A stretch of DNA of 64,000 nt, taken from contig LBOW01000001.1 of NCBI GenBank assembly GCA_000989765.1, positions 118,538 to 182,537 of the forward strand. Reading direction: 5' to 3'. The translations under genes were made by a program, and so were the position numbers. How positions within the stretch are numbered: the stretch's first letter is position 1; each line of letters starts with the position of its first letter. This DNA is from Candidatus Woesebacteria bacterium GW2011_GWB1_33_22. Its GTDB lineage: Bacteria; Patescibacteriota; Microgenomatia; UBA8517. Below are positions 20,821-31,037 of the stretch, one piece after another. A model generated the notes under the pieces. That model saw only the letters and a program-made list of their open reading frames with translations, had not been told where the DNA came from and did no database searches.

Positions 20821-22563
20821 CTATTTTACAGTTACGCTTTTGGCGATATTTCTAGGTTTGTCAATATCGTTTCCCTTAAAAAGGGCAATATAATATGCAA
20901 GAAGTTGTAATGACACTATATTTGATATTGCAGAAGTTTCTGATTTTTCCTTGTCTTCTAATAAATAAACATCCGCTCTCCTGGCCTTAACTTCATTCAT
21001 AGCATTTATAACATCATCTCTTACTTCATCATTTGATATTACAAATATTACAGGAACCCCCTTTTCCATTAATGTAATTGCATAATGTTTTAAATCTCCA
21101 GCAGAAATACCATGGGCGTGAATATAACTACCTTCGATTATTTTTACCATTCCCTCTTTAATAATTTGTAAATTTTGACCCTTTCCTAAAATAAAGATAT
21201 CTTTTTGCCTTGATAATATTCTGGCCAAATTTTTAAGCCTATTTATATTAGTTTTTGAATTTAATAATTTATTTATTTTTTGAGATAATTTGATTAAATT
21301 ATTAATTCCCTTTTTATATTTACCTTCAACTATTTTGGCAAGTAAATAACCCCATGAAATTTGAGAAACAAAGACCTTTGTTGACATTACACATATCTCA
21401 GGCCCAGCATTAGCCATAAATTTAAAGTCAGAAAGTCTTGACATCAAGCTTCCTTGCATGTTTACATATGATGCAAATTTAACTTTCTTTAGTTTTTTTA
21501 CCTTTTCAACAAATTCTAAAACATCCGCGGTTTCACCACTTTGAGAAGGGGCGATTACTAAGTCGTTTTTATTAATTAAATCAACATATTCGCTTGCTTC
21601 TGCGCCAATTAAAGAAATTGCATTAATTTTTCCAAAAGTTCTTAAGTAAAATGCAATCTGTGCTGCTGCAGCACCGGCTGTTCCAGAACCAATACAATAG
21701 ACGTTTTTTGATTTTTTAATTTGTGTTGCTAACTTTTTTAAACTTGTAAAATCCTGTTTTATTACCGCTCTTATGACATTAGGTTGTTCATAAATTTCTT
21801 TGATCATGAAATGTTTATATTTTCCTTTGGCGACTTTTTGTTTTTGGATTTTGTTTTTTTCATCTTTTAAATCTATATTTTTACCTGTAACTACATCCTT
21901 AAGAGTTATTTTGCCTTCTGAATAAATTGCCATATTACCATTCTCTAATGTAAGTGTTTGATCAACATATGGGGCAAACGAGAGTGTGTCCGAAGAAAAA
22001 TATATTTCAGTTTTGTCTTTTGAAAAGCCTAACACTAAAGGTGAGCCGTTTCTAACTCCAACAACTTGACCATCCTTTGTCAAAATTATTATCGTATTTC
22101 TACCCCTTAATTTATTAAATGCCTTTCTTATTGCTTCAATAATATTCTTTGCCTTTATGCTTTCCTCTTCAATTAGGCGAACAATGACTTCTGTGTCAGT
22201 TTGAGAAATAAATTTATAGTATTTTTTAAACAAGTTTACCTTTATCTCTTCGTGGTTTTCCATTATTCCGTTTTGAGCTAAAATAAAACTTTTGTCTGAA
22301 GAAAAATGTGGATGGGCGTTTAAATCAGTTACAGCTCCATGCGTAGCCCATCTAGTGTGGCCGATTGCAATACTACTTTTAGGAAGTTTAAGTAAAGCCT
22401 TATTTACTTTTCCTACATGTTTGTTCAAAAGAATTTTATGATCATTGATAACAGCAATTCCCCAGCTGTCATAACCTCGATAATCAAGCCTTTTTAAACC
22501 GTCAAAAACTGCACTTGTTGCGTTTCTTTTTTTACCTATGTATGCATATATTCCACACATTTT
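20821..22563 (-). CDS. glmS: glutamine--fructose-6-phosphate aminotransferase GlmS
   Basis: MCGIYAYIG Ntn-glutaminase N-terminus and SIS domains; the ORF track extends 13 codons upstream, but the catalytic Cys2 requires the start at 22563. Confidence 0.9.
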   Translation of the reverse strand, partial: KMCGIYAYIGKKRNATSAVFDGLKRLDYRGYDSWGIAVINDHKILLNKHVGKVNKALLKLPKSSIAIGHTRWATHGAVTDLNAHPHFSSDKSFILAQNGIMENHEEIKVNLFKKYYKFISQTDTEVIVRLIEEESIKAKNIIEAIRKAFNKLRGRNTIIILTKDGQVVGVRNGSPLVLGFSKDKTEIYFSSDTLSFAPYVDQTLTLENGNMAIYSEGKITLKDVVTGKNIDLKDEKNKIQKQKVAKGKYKHFMIKEIYEQPNVIRAVIKQDFTSLKKLATQIKKSKNVYCIGSGTAGAAAAQIAFYLRTFGKINAISLIGAEASEYVDLINKNDLVIAPSQSGETADVLEFVEKVKKLKKVKFASYVNMQGSLMSRLSDFKFMANAGPEICVMSTKVFVSQISWGYLLAKIVEGKYKKGINNLIKLSQKINKLLNSKTNINRLKNLARILSRQKDIFILGKGQNLQIIKEGMVKIIEGSYIHAHGISAGDLKHYAITLMEKGVPVIFVISNDEVRDDVINAMNEVKARRADVYLLEDKEKSETSAISNIVSLQLLAYYIALFKGNDIDKPRNIAKSVTVK

Positions 22564-22591
22564 GCTCTCATGAAGTATAATATAAAAGTAT

Positions 22592-23767
22592 ATGAAAAGC
22601 ATTCACTTAATGGGGATTTTAGGTAGTGGAATGTCTGGAATTGCTTCACTGGCATCTCAAATGGGCTACCAGGTCTCAGGTTGTGATTTAAAACTTGAAG
22701 GTCACAACAGTGAACACTTGAAAGACATTGATTTATTAGTCGTCTCTCCTGCAATTTTGTATCAGGAAAAAGAAGATCCAGAACTTATCTTAGGAAAGAA
22801 TAAAAACATTGTCACAACTTGGCAAGAATTTTTAGGGAAATATCTAATGAAAGATAAAAAAGTTATTGCAATAGCAGGAACACATGGTAAATCAACCACT
22901 ACTGCAATGGTAGCTAAAATTTTAATTGATAATGGATTTGATCCAAGTGTTGTAATTGGTGCATATGTTTTTGAGTGGAAAGGAAATTCAAGGTATGGTA
23001 AAGATAAATATTTTATAGTTGAAGCAGATGAATTCAACGATAATTTTTTAAACTACTATCCAAATATTGCTGTTATCAATAACATAGAATTTGACCACCC
23101 TGATTATTTCAAAGATGAAAAACAGGTATTTGAAAGTTTTGAAAAATTTAAAAAGAATTTAGTAGGGGAAAAAATTTTAATTACTGAAAAAGATAGTCTT
23201 AATAAACGTTTTAATTTGAAAGTTTTTGGCGAACATAATCAAAAGAATGCCAACATGGCCTACTTAGTAGGAAGACAATTAAAAATTAAAAAAGAAGAAA
23301 TAATAAAATCTTTAGAAAATTTTACTGGAATCGGTAGAAGGATGGAATTAATAGGAAAAGTAGGTAAAACTTTAGTTTTTGATGATTACGCGCATCACCC
23401 TACAGCCATAAGGGCAACTCTGGCGGGTGTTAGACAGAGATTTTCTAATAGAATCTGGGCAATTATTGAAGCCCATGGATTTAATAGAACTAATGCCTTA
23501 CTTAAACTATATAAAGGTGTATTTAGTAATGCAGACAAAGTAATTGTTGGTCCAATTTATAAAGCTAGAGATAAAAACACCTTTGAAATGACTCCTGAAA
23601 AAATTGCGATAGCTTCAGGGCATAAAGATATAAAAGCTTGTAATACAATTGAAGAAATTATAAATACCTTAAAAAATGAAGTTAAACAAAAAGATATAAT
23701 CGTGGTTATGGGTGCGGGAAATAGTAACTTATGGGCAAAACAAATACTAAAAGCTTTAAAGAATTAA
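22592..23767 (+). CDS. murC: UDP-N-acetylmuramate--L-alanine ligase MurC (short form)
   Basis: N-terminus IHLMGILGSGMSGIASLASQMGYQVSGCD and P-loop AIAGTHGKSTTT. Confidence 0.8.
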   Translation: MKSIHLMGILGSGMSGIASLASQMGYQVSGCDLKLEGHNSEHLKDIDLLVVSPAILYQEKEDPELILGKNKNIVTTWQEFLGKYLMKDKKVIAIAGTHGKSTTTAMVAKILIDNGFDPSVVIGAYVFEWKGNSRYGKDKYFIVEADEFNDNFLNYYPNIAVINNIEFDHPDYFKDEKQVFESFEKFKKNLVGEKILITEKDSLNKRFNLKVFGEHNQKNANMAYLVGRQLKIKKEEIIKSLENFTGIGRRMELIGKVGKTLVFDDYAHHPTAIRATLAGVRQRFSNRIWAIIEAHGFNRTNALLKLYKGVFSNADKVIVGPIYKARDKNTFEMTPEKIAIASGHKDIKACNTIEEIINTLKNEVKQKDIIVVMGAGNSNLWAKQILKALKN

Positions 23768-24693
23768 CAACTCTAAAAGTTGGTGGAGAAATAAAATACT
23801 TTTTTGAAGTAAAGAATCAAAAAGAATTGGTTGACAAAGTTTCTTTTGCAAAAAATAAAAGTCTCACCATTTTTATAATAGGTGGTGGAAGTGATATTGC
23901 TGTATCTGACAAAAATTTCGAAGGAGTAGTTATTAAATATGTAGGTAGTAGTGTACAGGTAATAGGTAATTTGGTTAAGGTTGAGGCGGGAATGAATTGG
24001 GATAAATTAGTAGAAGAAACAGTTAATAGAAATTTACAGGGGATAGAGTGCTTGTCAGGAATTCCCGGTAGCGTTGGGGCGTCGCCCATACAAAACATAG
24101 GTGCATATGGACAAGAATTATCAGAAACTTTTATAGAATTAAAAGCATACGATATATCAAATCAAAAGTTTGTAATATTTAAGAACGAGGATTGTAAATT
24201 TAGTTATAGAGAAAGTATTTTTAAAAGAAAAGATTATTGGCAGAAATTTATAATAGTAGATATTACACTTAAGCTAAAAAAATATACTGATAATAATCTA
24301 GAATTACAAACAATTAGGGATGAAATATTAAGAATAAGGGGAGAAAAATTGGTAAATCCTGATGAAATTCCAAATGCCGGGTCATTTTTTAAAAACCCAA
24401 TAATAAACAAGAGTAAAAAAGATACCCTACTTATAAAGTATCCCGAAATGGTAATATTTCCCTTCAACAATGAGTACAAAATTTCAGCTGGTTGGCTGAT
24501 AGAAAAAACGGGTTGGAAAGGAAAAAGTTTAGGGCCAGTTAAAGTTTCAGATAAACACTCTTTAGTATTAACAAATCCAGAAGGAAAGGGAACTTTTTCT
24601 GACATTAAAAGTCTGGCTGATACAATAATTGCTGATGTAGATAATAAATTTGGAATTAAACTTGAGCCAGAAGTACAATATATAAATTTATGA
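23731..24693 (+). CDS. murB: UDP-N-acetylenolpyruvoylglucosamine reductase MurB
   Basis: FAD-binding IIGGGSDIAV and GIPGSVGASPIQNIGAYG motifs. Confidence 0.85.
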   Translation: MGKTNTKSFKELTTLKVGGEIKYFFEVKNQKELVDKVSFAKNKSLTIFIIGGGSDIAVSDKNFEGVVIKYVGSSVQVIGNLVKVEAGMNWDKLVEETVNRNLQGIECLSGIPGSVGASPIQNIGAYGQELSETFIELKAYDISNQKFVIFKNEDCKFSYRESIFKRKDYWQKFIIVDITLKLKKYTDNNLELQTIRDEILRIRGEKLVNPDEIPNAGSFFKNPIINKSKKDTLLIKYPEMVIFPFNNEYKISAGWLIEKTGWKGKSLGPVKVSDKHSLVLTNPEGKGTFSDIKSLADTIIADVDNKFGIKLEPEVQYINL

Positions 24694-27146
24694 ATTATAA
24701 AGATTTAAGAAAAAAATATCCAGAATTTACTTATGATAGTTATTCTTGGAGATTAGATGGTAATAATTTAAATTTAAATTTTATTTATAAAGTAGGAGAA
24801 TTTGAATTTAAACATGAAATAATAATTGAGAATTTAGATAAATACTCAATTAACAAAGTTAATGAACAGATAGATACCCTTGTCTTCAATATCGGAATGG
24901 TTGAGATTTTTAATTACTGGAAAACCTTTTGTTCTCCAAAAATAGTTATCAAAGCTGGTTTCTTGAACGAGCATCAGATTAATTGGTGGAAGAAATTGTT
25001 AATAAAGGGTATGGGGCAGTATTTTTATGAAAATAAAATTGATTTCACAACAAAAAATTTTGTCGATTTTACGACTACAGGACAACCTTTAAAGGTTGAA
25101 CCTTTAAAGGTATTGGGGGAAGAAGTTTTGATACCTATTGGCGGGGGAAAAGATTCTGCTGTTACTTTAGAATTGGTTACTAAAAATTTTGAAAACAGTT
25201 TAGGTTTAATAGTAAACAAAATCAAAGCAAGAGTTGATTCTGCATCTGTTGCGGGTATTAAAACAATGGTTGTCAAAAGAACTTTAGACAAAGCAATGAT
25301 AGATTTAAACAAAAATGGCCTGTCTGCCGGCAGGCAGGGATATTTAAATGGACATGTACCGTTTACAACAGTTTTATCATTTATCTCTATTTTGGTGGCT
25401 TTTTTGAATAACAAAAAATATATAGCTTTTTCAAATGAACAAAGTTCCAATGAGGGAAATGTGACATTTAAAGGGTTATCTGTTAACCATCAATACAGTA
25501 AATCTTTTGAGTTAGAAAATGATTTTAGAGAATATAATTTTAAATATTTGACTGATATAGAATATTTTAGTTTCTTAAGGCCAATTTATGATATTCAGAT
25601 AGCTAAAGTTTTTTCTCAATATTCTAAATATTTTTACAAAATAGTAAGTTGCAATATAGGAAGAAATAATAATATTTGGTGTGGTAAGTGTCCGAAATGT
25701 TTGTCGACATTTATTTTATTTAAACCTTTTTTAAAAAATGAAACTATAACAATATTTGGGAAGGATTTATTGGCTGATAAATCACTTAAACCTGTTTTGG
25801 ATGCACTAACAAATGACAATTTAGTTAAACCGATGGAGTGTGTGGGAACAAAACATGAATTAAGAGTGGCCTTGGGTGTAGAAAACGATGACAATTTAAT
25901 AAATTTTTGGGGAGAAAACAATCTACCTGCAATTTTTAAAATTATTCTTTATTTTAACTTAAATTTCAAAGATAAAAAAATTCTAATTTTAGGGTATGGA
26001 CGTGAAGGTAAAAGTACAGAAAAGTTGATTAAAAAATATTTACCTAAACAAAAAGTTGACATAGCCGACCAAAAATTGAGTAAAGATTATTTAAAAGATT
26101 TAAATAATTATGATTTTGTTTTTAAATCACCAGGAATACCAAATAAATTAAGAGAAATTCAAAATGCTAAGAAAATGGGTACTGTTTTTGCGTCCCAGAC
26201 TAAAATATTCTTAAAATTATATCGAGATAATGTTATAGGAGTAACAGGAACAAAAGGTAAAAGTACAACAAGTTCACTAATTTATTATATATTAAAATCT
26301 GCGGGCATAAATACGACATTGGTAGGTAATATTGGCAAACCTGTTTTTGACTATTTAGATAATGATGACAAAGATAAGATTTTTGTTGCAGAGCTTTCGT
26401 CTCATCAATTAAGTGATGTTCAGGATAGTCCACATATTGCAGTTCTATTAAACATCTTTCCTGAACACCTCGATTACTATGAAGATTTTAATGATTATAA
26501 GAAATCAAAAGAGAATATATTTAAGTTTCAAAAATCAACAGATATTTATATTTCCTGTGAAGATATAAATAATTTTGAGTTACCTAAAATTAAAACAAAT
26601 TTAATAGGTCAACATAATTTAAGTAACATTAAAGCTGCTTTTCTAGTCGCATTAAAACTTGGAATTGACAAAAAAGACATTATTAAAGCACTTTCCACAT
26701 TTGAATCTCTTGAAGATAGGTTGGAAACAATAAGAGAAATAAATGGTATAAAGTTTATAGTTGATGGTTTAGCAACAATCCCTGAGGCATCTCTTGCTGG
26801 TATTGATAGTTTTGAAAACAAAAATATAACCCTAATTTTGGGAGGATTTGATAGAGGTGTAAGTTTTGCTTCTTTTGGAAAAGAGTTAATTAAAAGAAAA
26901 AACATTAAAAACATAATTCTTATTGGTCAAACTGCTGATAAAATTGAAAAATCTTTAAAAAATTCAAAAGCTAATGTTTATAATTTAGGTTTTGTTTCCA
27001 TGAATAAGATTATTCAAAAAGCATTTGAAATTTCAAAAAAAGATTATATAGTTTTATTTTCTCCTGCCGCAACGAGCTTTGACATGTTTAAAGATTATGA
27101 AGAAAGAGACAATCAATTTAAGGAGGCAGTGAAAGCTCTAAAATGA
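24690..27146 (+). CDS. murD: fusion protein: N-terminal ~420-aa PP-loop ATP-pyrophosphatase-like domain (GGGKDS) with a C-terminal Cys cluster, plus C-terminal MurD (UDP-MurNAc-L-Ala--D-Glu ligase)
   Basis: PIGGGKDSAVTLELV PP-loop; CNIGRNNNIWCGKCPKC cysteine cluster; then the MurD Rossmann KKILILGYGREGKST and P-loop GVTGTKGKSTT; contains two in-frame palindromic repeats. Confidence 0.7.
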   Translation: MNYKDLRKKYPEFTYDSYSWRLDGNNLNLNFIYKVGEFEFKHEIIIENLDKYSINKVNEQIDTLVFNIGMVEIFNYWKTFCSPKIVIKAGFLNEHQINWWKKLLIKGMGQYFYENKIDFTTKNFVDFTTTGQPLKVEPLKVLGEEVLIPIGGGKDSAVTLELVTKNFENSLGLIVNKIKARVDSASVAGIKTMVVKRTLDKAMIDLNKNGLSAGRQGYLNGHVPFTTVLSFISILVAFLNNKKYIAFSNEQSSNEGNVTFKGLSVNHQYSKSFELENDFREYNFKYLTDIEYFSFLRPIYDIQIAKVFSQYSKYFYKIVSCNIGRNNNIWCGKCPKCLSTFILFKPFLKNETITIFGKDLLADKSLKPVLDALTNDNLVKPMECVGTKHELRVALGVENDDNLINFWGENNLPAIFKIILYFNLNFKDKKILILGYGREGKSTEKLIKKYLPKQKVDIADQKLSKDYLKDLNNYDFVFKSPGIPNKLREIQNAKKMGTVFASQTKIFLKLYRDNVIGVTGTKGKSTTSSLIYYILKSAGINTTLVGNIGKPVFDYLDNDDKDKIFVAELSSHQLSDVQDSPHIAVLLNIFPEHLDYYEDFNDYKKSKENIFKFQKSTDIYISCEDINNFELPKIKTNLIGQHNLSNIKAAFLVALKLGIDKKDIIKALSTFESLEDRLETIREINGIKFIVDGLATIPEASLAGIDSFENKNITLILGGFDRGVSFASFGKELIKRKNIKNIILIGQTADKIEKSLKNSKANVYNLGFVSMNKIIQKAFEISKKDYIVLFSPAATSFDMFKDYEERDNQFKEAVKALK
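25086..25110. repeat. REP-like palindrome copy 2 (CCTTTAAAGGTT-G-AACCTTTAAAGG), in-frame inside the PP-loop::murD gene
   Basis: perfect 12-bp arms; encodes PLKVEPLKV. Confidence 0.85.
25319..25338. repeat. GC-rich palindrome copy A (CCTGTCTGCCGGCAGGCAGG), in-frame in PP-loop::murD
   Basis: 20-bp palindrome with 1 mismatch; encodes LSAGRQG. Confidence 0.8.
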
Positions 27147-27802
27147 TAAAAGTTGAGGGTGGTGTACCCTTTTTTAAATTTAATCAATTAGAAAATTCAG
27201 GTGTAATCAATTTTGTATCTACAAGAATTGGTGGAGTAAGTCAGGATTCTAGAGACGCATTGAATTTATCATTTGATAATGAAAGTGTCGGCCAAGGTTT
27301 ATTTTTGCATGAAAGTGAGATAGATGGTGTTGATGGTATGATTACAACGCTTCCAAATATTTGTTTATGTGTAGTATCAGCAGATTGTTTACCAATTGTT
27401 TTTTTTGAATCAGAAAAAAGAATAATATCAATATTACATTCAGGTTGGCGCGGATTATCAAGTGGAATTATTGAAAAAATGGTATCCAGTATAACTGAAA
27501 TTGGTGGTAATCCAAAAAAAATTAAAGTCTGTATAGGTCCATTTATAGACGCAAAAAACTACGAAGTTGAAGATGTGTATCATCTTTTTAGTGACATACC
27601 TAAAGCATTATTTCCAAAATCGCAATCGAAAAAATATTTAGACTTAGGAGTTGTGGCAACATCTAAATTAACAGAAATGAAAATTGTTAGAGAAAATATC
27701 GAGATGTCAGGTTATTCGACATATTCAGATGCACATTTATTTTTTTCGTATCGAAGAAACAAGCCGACTGGAGCAATAATGACTGGAGTGATGTTAAAAT
27801 AA
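27143..27802 (+). CDS. pgeF: peptidoglycan editing factor PgeF / YfiH (DUF152) family protein
   Basis: CVVSADCLPIVFF...HSGWRG catalytic motifs; dcw-cluster location. Confidence 0.8.
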   Translation: MIKVEGGVPFFKFNQLENSGVINFVSTRIGGVSQDSRDALNLSFDNESVGQGLFLHESEIDGVDGMITTLPNICLCVVSADCLPIVFFESEKRIISILHSGWRGLSSGIIEKMVSSITEIGGNPKKIKVCIGPFIDAKNYEVEDVYHLFSDIPKALFPKSQSKKYLDLGVVATSKLTEMKIVRENIEMSGYSTYSDAHLFFSYRRNKPTGAIMTGVMLK

Positions 27803-27805
27803 AGC

Positions 27806-28873
27806 ATGAAAAGGTTATTACAAATCTGGGTGGGTAAAGATCTACCTTTGGTACATGTAAAATTAAACAACGGTTTAAAAAAACTTTTTTATGATTTAGT
27901 ACTTCATCCAGTAAAAAGAAGAGTAGCCAAGATTTATGTGAAGTTTTTACAAAAGTTTTTTAAACTCACTGTTGTTGGTATAACTGGGAGTGCTGGTAAA
28001 ACAACTACTAAGGAAATGATTGTTAACATTTTAAAAAGAGTAGACAATACCGTGTGGAGTAAGGACAATATTGATCCTATATTTAATATTCCCACGACAA
28101 TATTAAAATGTACACCTAAAACAAAATATCTTGTACTTGAAATGGGCGTCGAATATCCAAATGAGATGGATTTTTACCTTTGGTTGGTTCGACCGTCAAT
28201 TGGTGTGATTACTAACATTTTTTCCACACATACTTTGTTTTTTGGAAATGAAAAGGGAGTTTTTAAAGAAAAAAGTAAACTAGTAAAAAGTACGAACATT
28301 GCCATTTTAAACTCAGATGACAAGTATCTCTATTCTTTAAAAGATAAGATTAAAGCAAATATTTGTTGGTTTAAAAAAGATGAAGACCCAATTTTGCAAA
28401 ATAAAAATACTGCAAGAGCAGTTTGCGAGGTATTGGGTATTGAAAAGACGTTAATTGAAGAGGGACTAAGTGATTATGAAAATCCCAAACATAGGCTATC
28501 TATGATTAAACATAAATCTGGGGCATATATTTTTGATGATACTTACAATAGTAATCCAGAAGCTTTTAGAAATAGCCTTTCATATTTTGTAAAACTGGCG
28601 GGGAAAAATAATAAAATTGCAGTTGTTGGGGATATGTTAGAACTTGGGGAGAGAGAGGTTGAAGAACACAAAAAAATCGCCAAAGAACTTAAAAATAATA
28701 ACTTTAAAAAAGTTTTTGGGGTTGGTAAATTAGTTAAATATATCACAAACGATGTTTACAATGATCCTTTGTCGGTTATGCCAAACTTGAAAAAATATCT
28801 TAAAAAGGAAAATTATATTTTTATTAAAGGATCTAGATCAATTGGTTTAGACAAACTTGTTGATAGGTTGTAA
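27806..28873 (+). CDS. murF: UDP-MurNAc-tripeptide--D-Ala-D-Ala ligase MurF (short form)
   Basis: Mur ligase P-loop VVGITGSAGKTTTKEM; position before mraY. Confidence 0.75.
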   Translation: MKRLLQIWVGKDLPLVHVKLNNGLKKLFYDLVLHPVKRRVAKIYVKFLQKFFKLTVVGITGSAGKTTTKEMIVNILKRVDNTVWSKDNIDPIFNIPTTILKCTPKTKYLVLEMGVEYPNEMDFYLWLVRPSIGVITNIFSTHTLFFGNEKGVFKEKSKLVKSTNIAILNSDDKYLYSLKDKIKANICWFKKDEDPILQNKNTARAVCEVLGIEKTLIEEGLSDYENPKHRLSMIKHKSGAYIFDDTYNSNPEAFRNSLSYFVKLAGKNNKIAVVGDMLELGEREVEEHKKIAKELKNNNFKKVFGVGKLVKYITNDVYNDPLSVMPNLKKYLKKENYIFIKGSRSIGLDKLVDRL

Positions 28874-28884
28874 TATTTATAAAC

Positions 28885-29934
28885 ATGCAACAATTCTTGC
28901 CATTAGCATTGGGACTAGTAATGTTTTCATTTTTAATAACAGGTATTTTAGTTGTTCCGTTTATTGATTTTTTATATAAAATCAAATTCACAAGACGTGT
29001 TGAGGCACCTAAAATAGGTAAGGTTCCACTATTTGATAAATTACATGATAAAAAGGCAGGTACTCCAGTCGGAGGTGGTGTTTTAATTATTGCAGTTGTA
29101 TGCTTATTATTTGCCTTTACATTTCCAGTAAGTAGATACTTAGGTGTTTTTATTCAGACTGCTTATTCTTTAAGAGTTGAATTGTTTGTTATATTTTTTA
29201 CATTTATTTCATTTGGACTTTTAGGACTTTTGGATGATTATAAAAAGATGTTGGGTAAGCCAACTCGTGGAGTACTTGGTCTCGCCTTTGGGCTATCCAG
29301 GAGAATTAAATTTATTTTGCAATGGACCCTTGCTTTGATTATATCATTAATAATTTATTTTTCTTTAGGTATTCAAATTTTGCACATCCCAATTCTGGGG
29401 ATAACTCTTCATCTTGGGCTTTGGTATATACCTTTCTCTGCTTTTGTTATAGTTTCGTTTACCAATGCATTTAACATTACTGATGGACTAGACGGTTTAG
29501 CCTCCGGACTTCTAATGATCTGCTTAATTGTTTTTGGCGTAATTGCTGCAAATAATATTGATACACCGCTCTCACTTTTTATAGCCCTGTGGATAGGTGC
29601 ATTAATTGCTTTTTTATACTTTAATACATGGCCTGCTAGAATTTGGCTTGGGGACACTGGAGCACTCTCATTTGGTGCAACACTGGCTGTTATTGGACTA
29701 TTAACAGGTAATTTAATTGCCTTACTTATTATTGGTGGAATTTTTGTAATTGAGATTGCCTCGTCAGTTATTCAAATTTTAGGCTGGAAAATTTTAAAGA
29801 GACCCATTTTTAAACTTGCACCACTGCACCACGCGTTTTTAGCAATTGGTTGGGAGGAACCTAAAATTGTTATGCGTGCCTGGCTTGCAGGAATAATACT
29901 TGCCATCTTTGGTTTGTGGTTGGCCACAATATGA
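28885..29934 (+). CDS. mraY: phospho-N-acetylmuramoyl-pentapeptide transferase MraY
   Basis: polytopic; NAFNITDGLDGLA and WPARIWLGDTGALSFG motifs. Confidence 0.9.
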   Translation: MQQFLPLALGLVMFSFLITGILVVPFIDFLYKIKFTRRVEAPKIGKVPLFDKLHDKKAGTPVGGGVLIIAVVCLLFAFTFPVSRYLGVFIQTAYSLRVELFVIFFTFISFGLLGLLDDYKKMLGKPTRGVLGLAFGLSRRIKFILQWTLALIISLIIYFSLGIQILHIPILGITLHLGLWYIPFSAFVIVSFTNAFNITDGLDGLASGLLMICLIVFGVIAANNIDTPLSLFIALWIGALIAFLYFNTWPARIWLGDTGALSFGATLAVIGLLTGNLIALLIIGGIFVIEIASSVIQILGWKILKRPIFKLAPLHHAFLAIGWEEPKIVMRAWLAGIILAIFGLWLATI

Positions 29935-31037
29935 AAAGACCGTTTGATAAACAATTTTTCTATTTAATTTTAATTCTTGTAGCTGTTGGGCTTATTTTTG
30001 TCGCAGATATTTCCGCCCCACAGGCACTAAATTTTTTTAATGATAAATTTCATTTTTTAAAATCTCAAATAATATCTGCAGTCATTGGAATTGTCATAAT
30101 GTATATTATTTCGTTTGTAAATTATTCACTTTACAAAAAAATAGCTACACCATTATTTATTTTTTCTTGTTTACTTTTACTTTTAGTTTTTATACCAGGT
30201 TTAAGTTACGAAGCTTTAGGGGCAAGACGTTGGATTAACATAGTGGGATTTAACTTTCAACCGTCTGAAGTGGTTAAATTAACCCTTGCAATCTATTTAG
30301 CAAAACTAGCTGAAATCGGTAAAAAACCAATTGCTTATTTTGCACCTTTTGTTTTGGTTGCAGGACTTATTATGTTGCAACCTGATTTGGGAACAACTTT
30401 AGTTATCTCGATAATTGCCTTAGCTCAAATTTTTGTTTCGGGAATTCCCTTTCTTTATTTCTTTATTTCTTTATTGGTGGGATTATTAGGAGTTATTGGT
30501 TTAATATTGATTTCTCCATACCGGCGGGATAGATTATTGACATTTTTTGAAAATACTGTTGATCCATTAGGAAAAGGTTATCATATTAGGCAGATTCTAC
30601 TGGCTTTGGGGTCAGGCGGTTTTTTTGGTGTAGGCTTAGGCCAGTCTAGGCAAAAGTATTTATTTTTACCTGAAGCTTCAACCGATTCAATTTTTGCAGC
30701 CATTGCTGAAGAATTAGGCTTTTTAGGATCGTTTGTTTTAATTATTATTTTTGCATTTTTTGTATATAAAGCTTTTATGATTGCAAGATATGCACCTGAC
30801 ACTTTTTCAAAAATACTTGCTGTGGGTATATCATCTTGGATCAGTGGCCAAATAATAATTAACATTTCTTCAATGACGGCATTAACACCTCTAACAGGCA
30901 TTCCACTTCCATTCTTTTCATATGGTGGCACTTCCCTGGTGATGGTTCTTGTTGGTTGCGGTATACTACTTAATATAAATCGATATGGAACAAAAAAGGT
31001 TGTTGATCACAGGAAGTCACGCCGGCACTACCGCTGA
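29916..31037 (+). CDS. ftsW: SEDS-family lipid II flippase/peptidoglycan polymerase FtsW
   Basis: 10-TM SEDS protein between mraY and murG. Confidence 0.8.
   Translation: MVGHNMKRPFDKQFFYLILILVAVGLIFVADISAPQALNFFNDKFHFLKSQIISAVIGIVIMYIISFVNYSLYKKIATPLFIFSCLLLLLVFIPGLSYEALGARRWINIVGFNFQPSEVVKLTLAIYLAKLAEIGKKPIAYFAPFVLVAGLIMLQPDLGTTLVISIIALAQIFVSGIPFLYFFISLLVGLLGVIGLILISPYRRDRLLTFFENTVDPLGKGYHIRQILLALGSGGFFGVGLGQSRQKYLFLPEASTDSIFAAIAEELGFLGSFVLIIIFAFFVYKAFMIARYAPDTFSKILAVGISSWISGQIIINISSMTALTPLTGIPLPFFSYGGTSLVMVLVGCGILLNINRYGTKKVVDHRKSRRHYR

Noticed and set aside
25441-25470. Possible seventh degenerate REP half-site (acatttaaagggttatc, encoding TFKGLS)
   Set aside because: Only a half-arm resemblance with several mismatches and no palindromic partner; insufficient.
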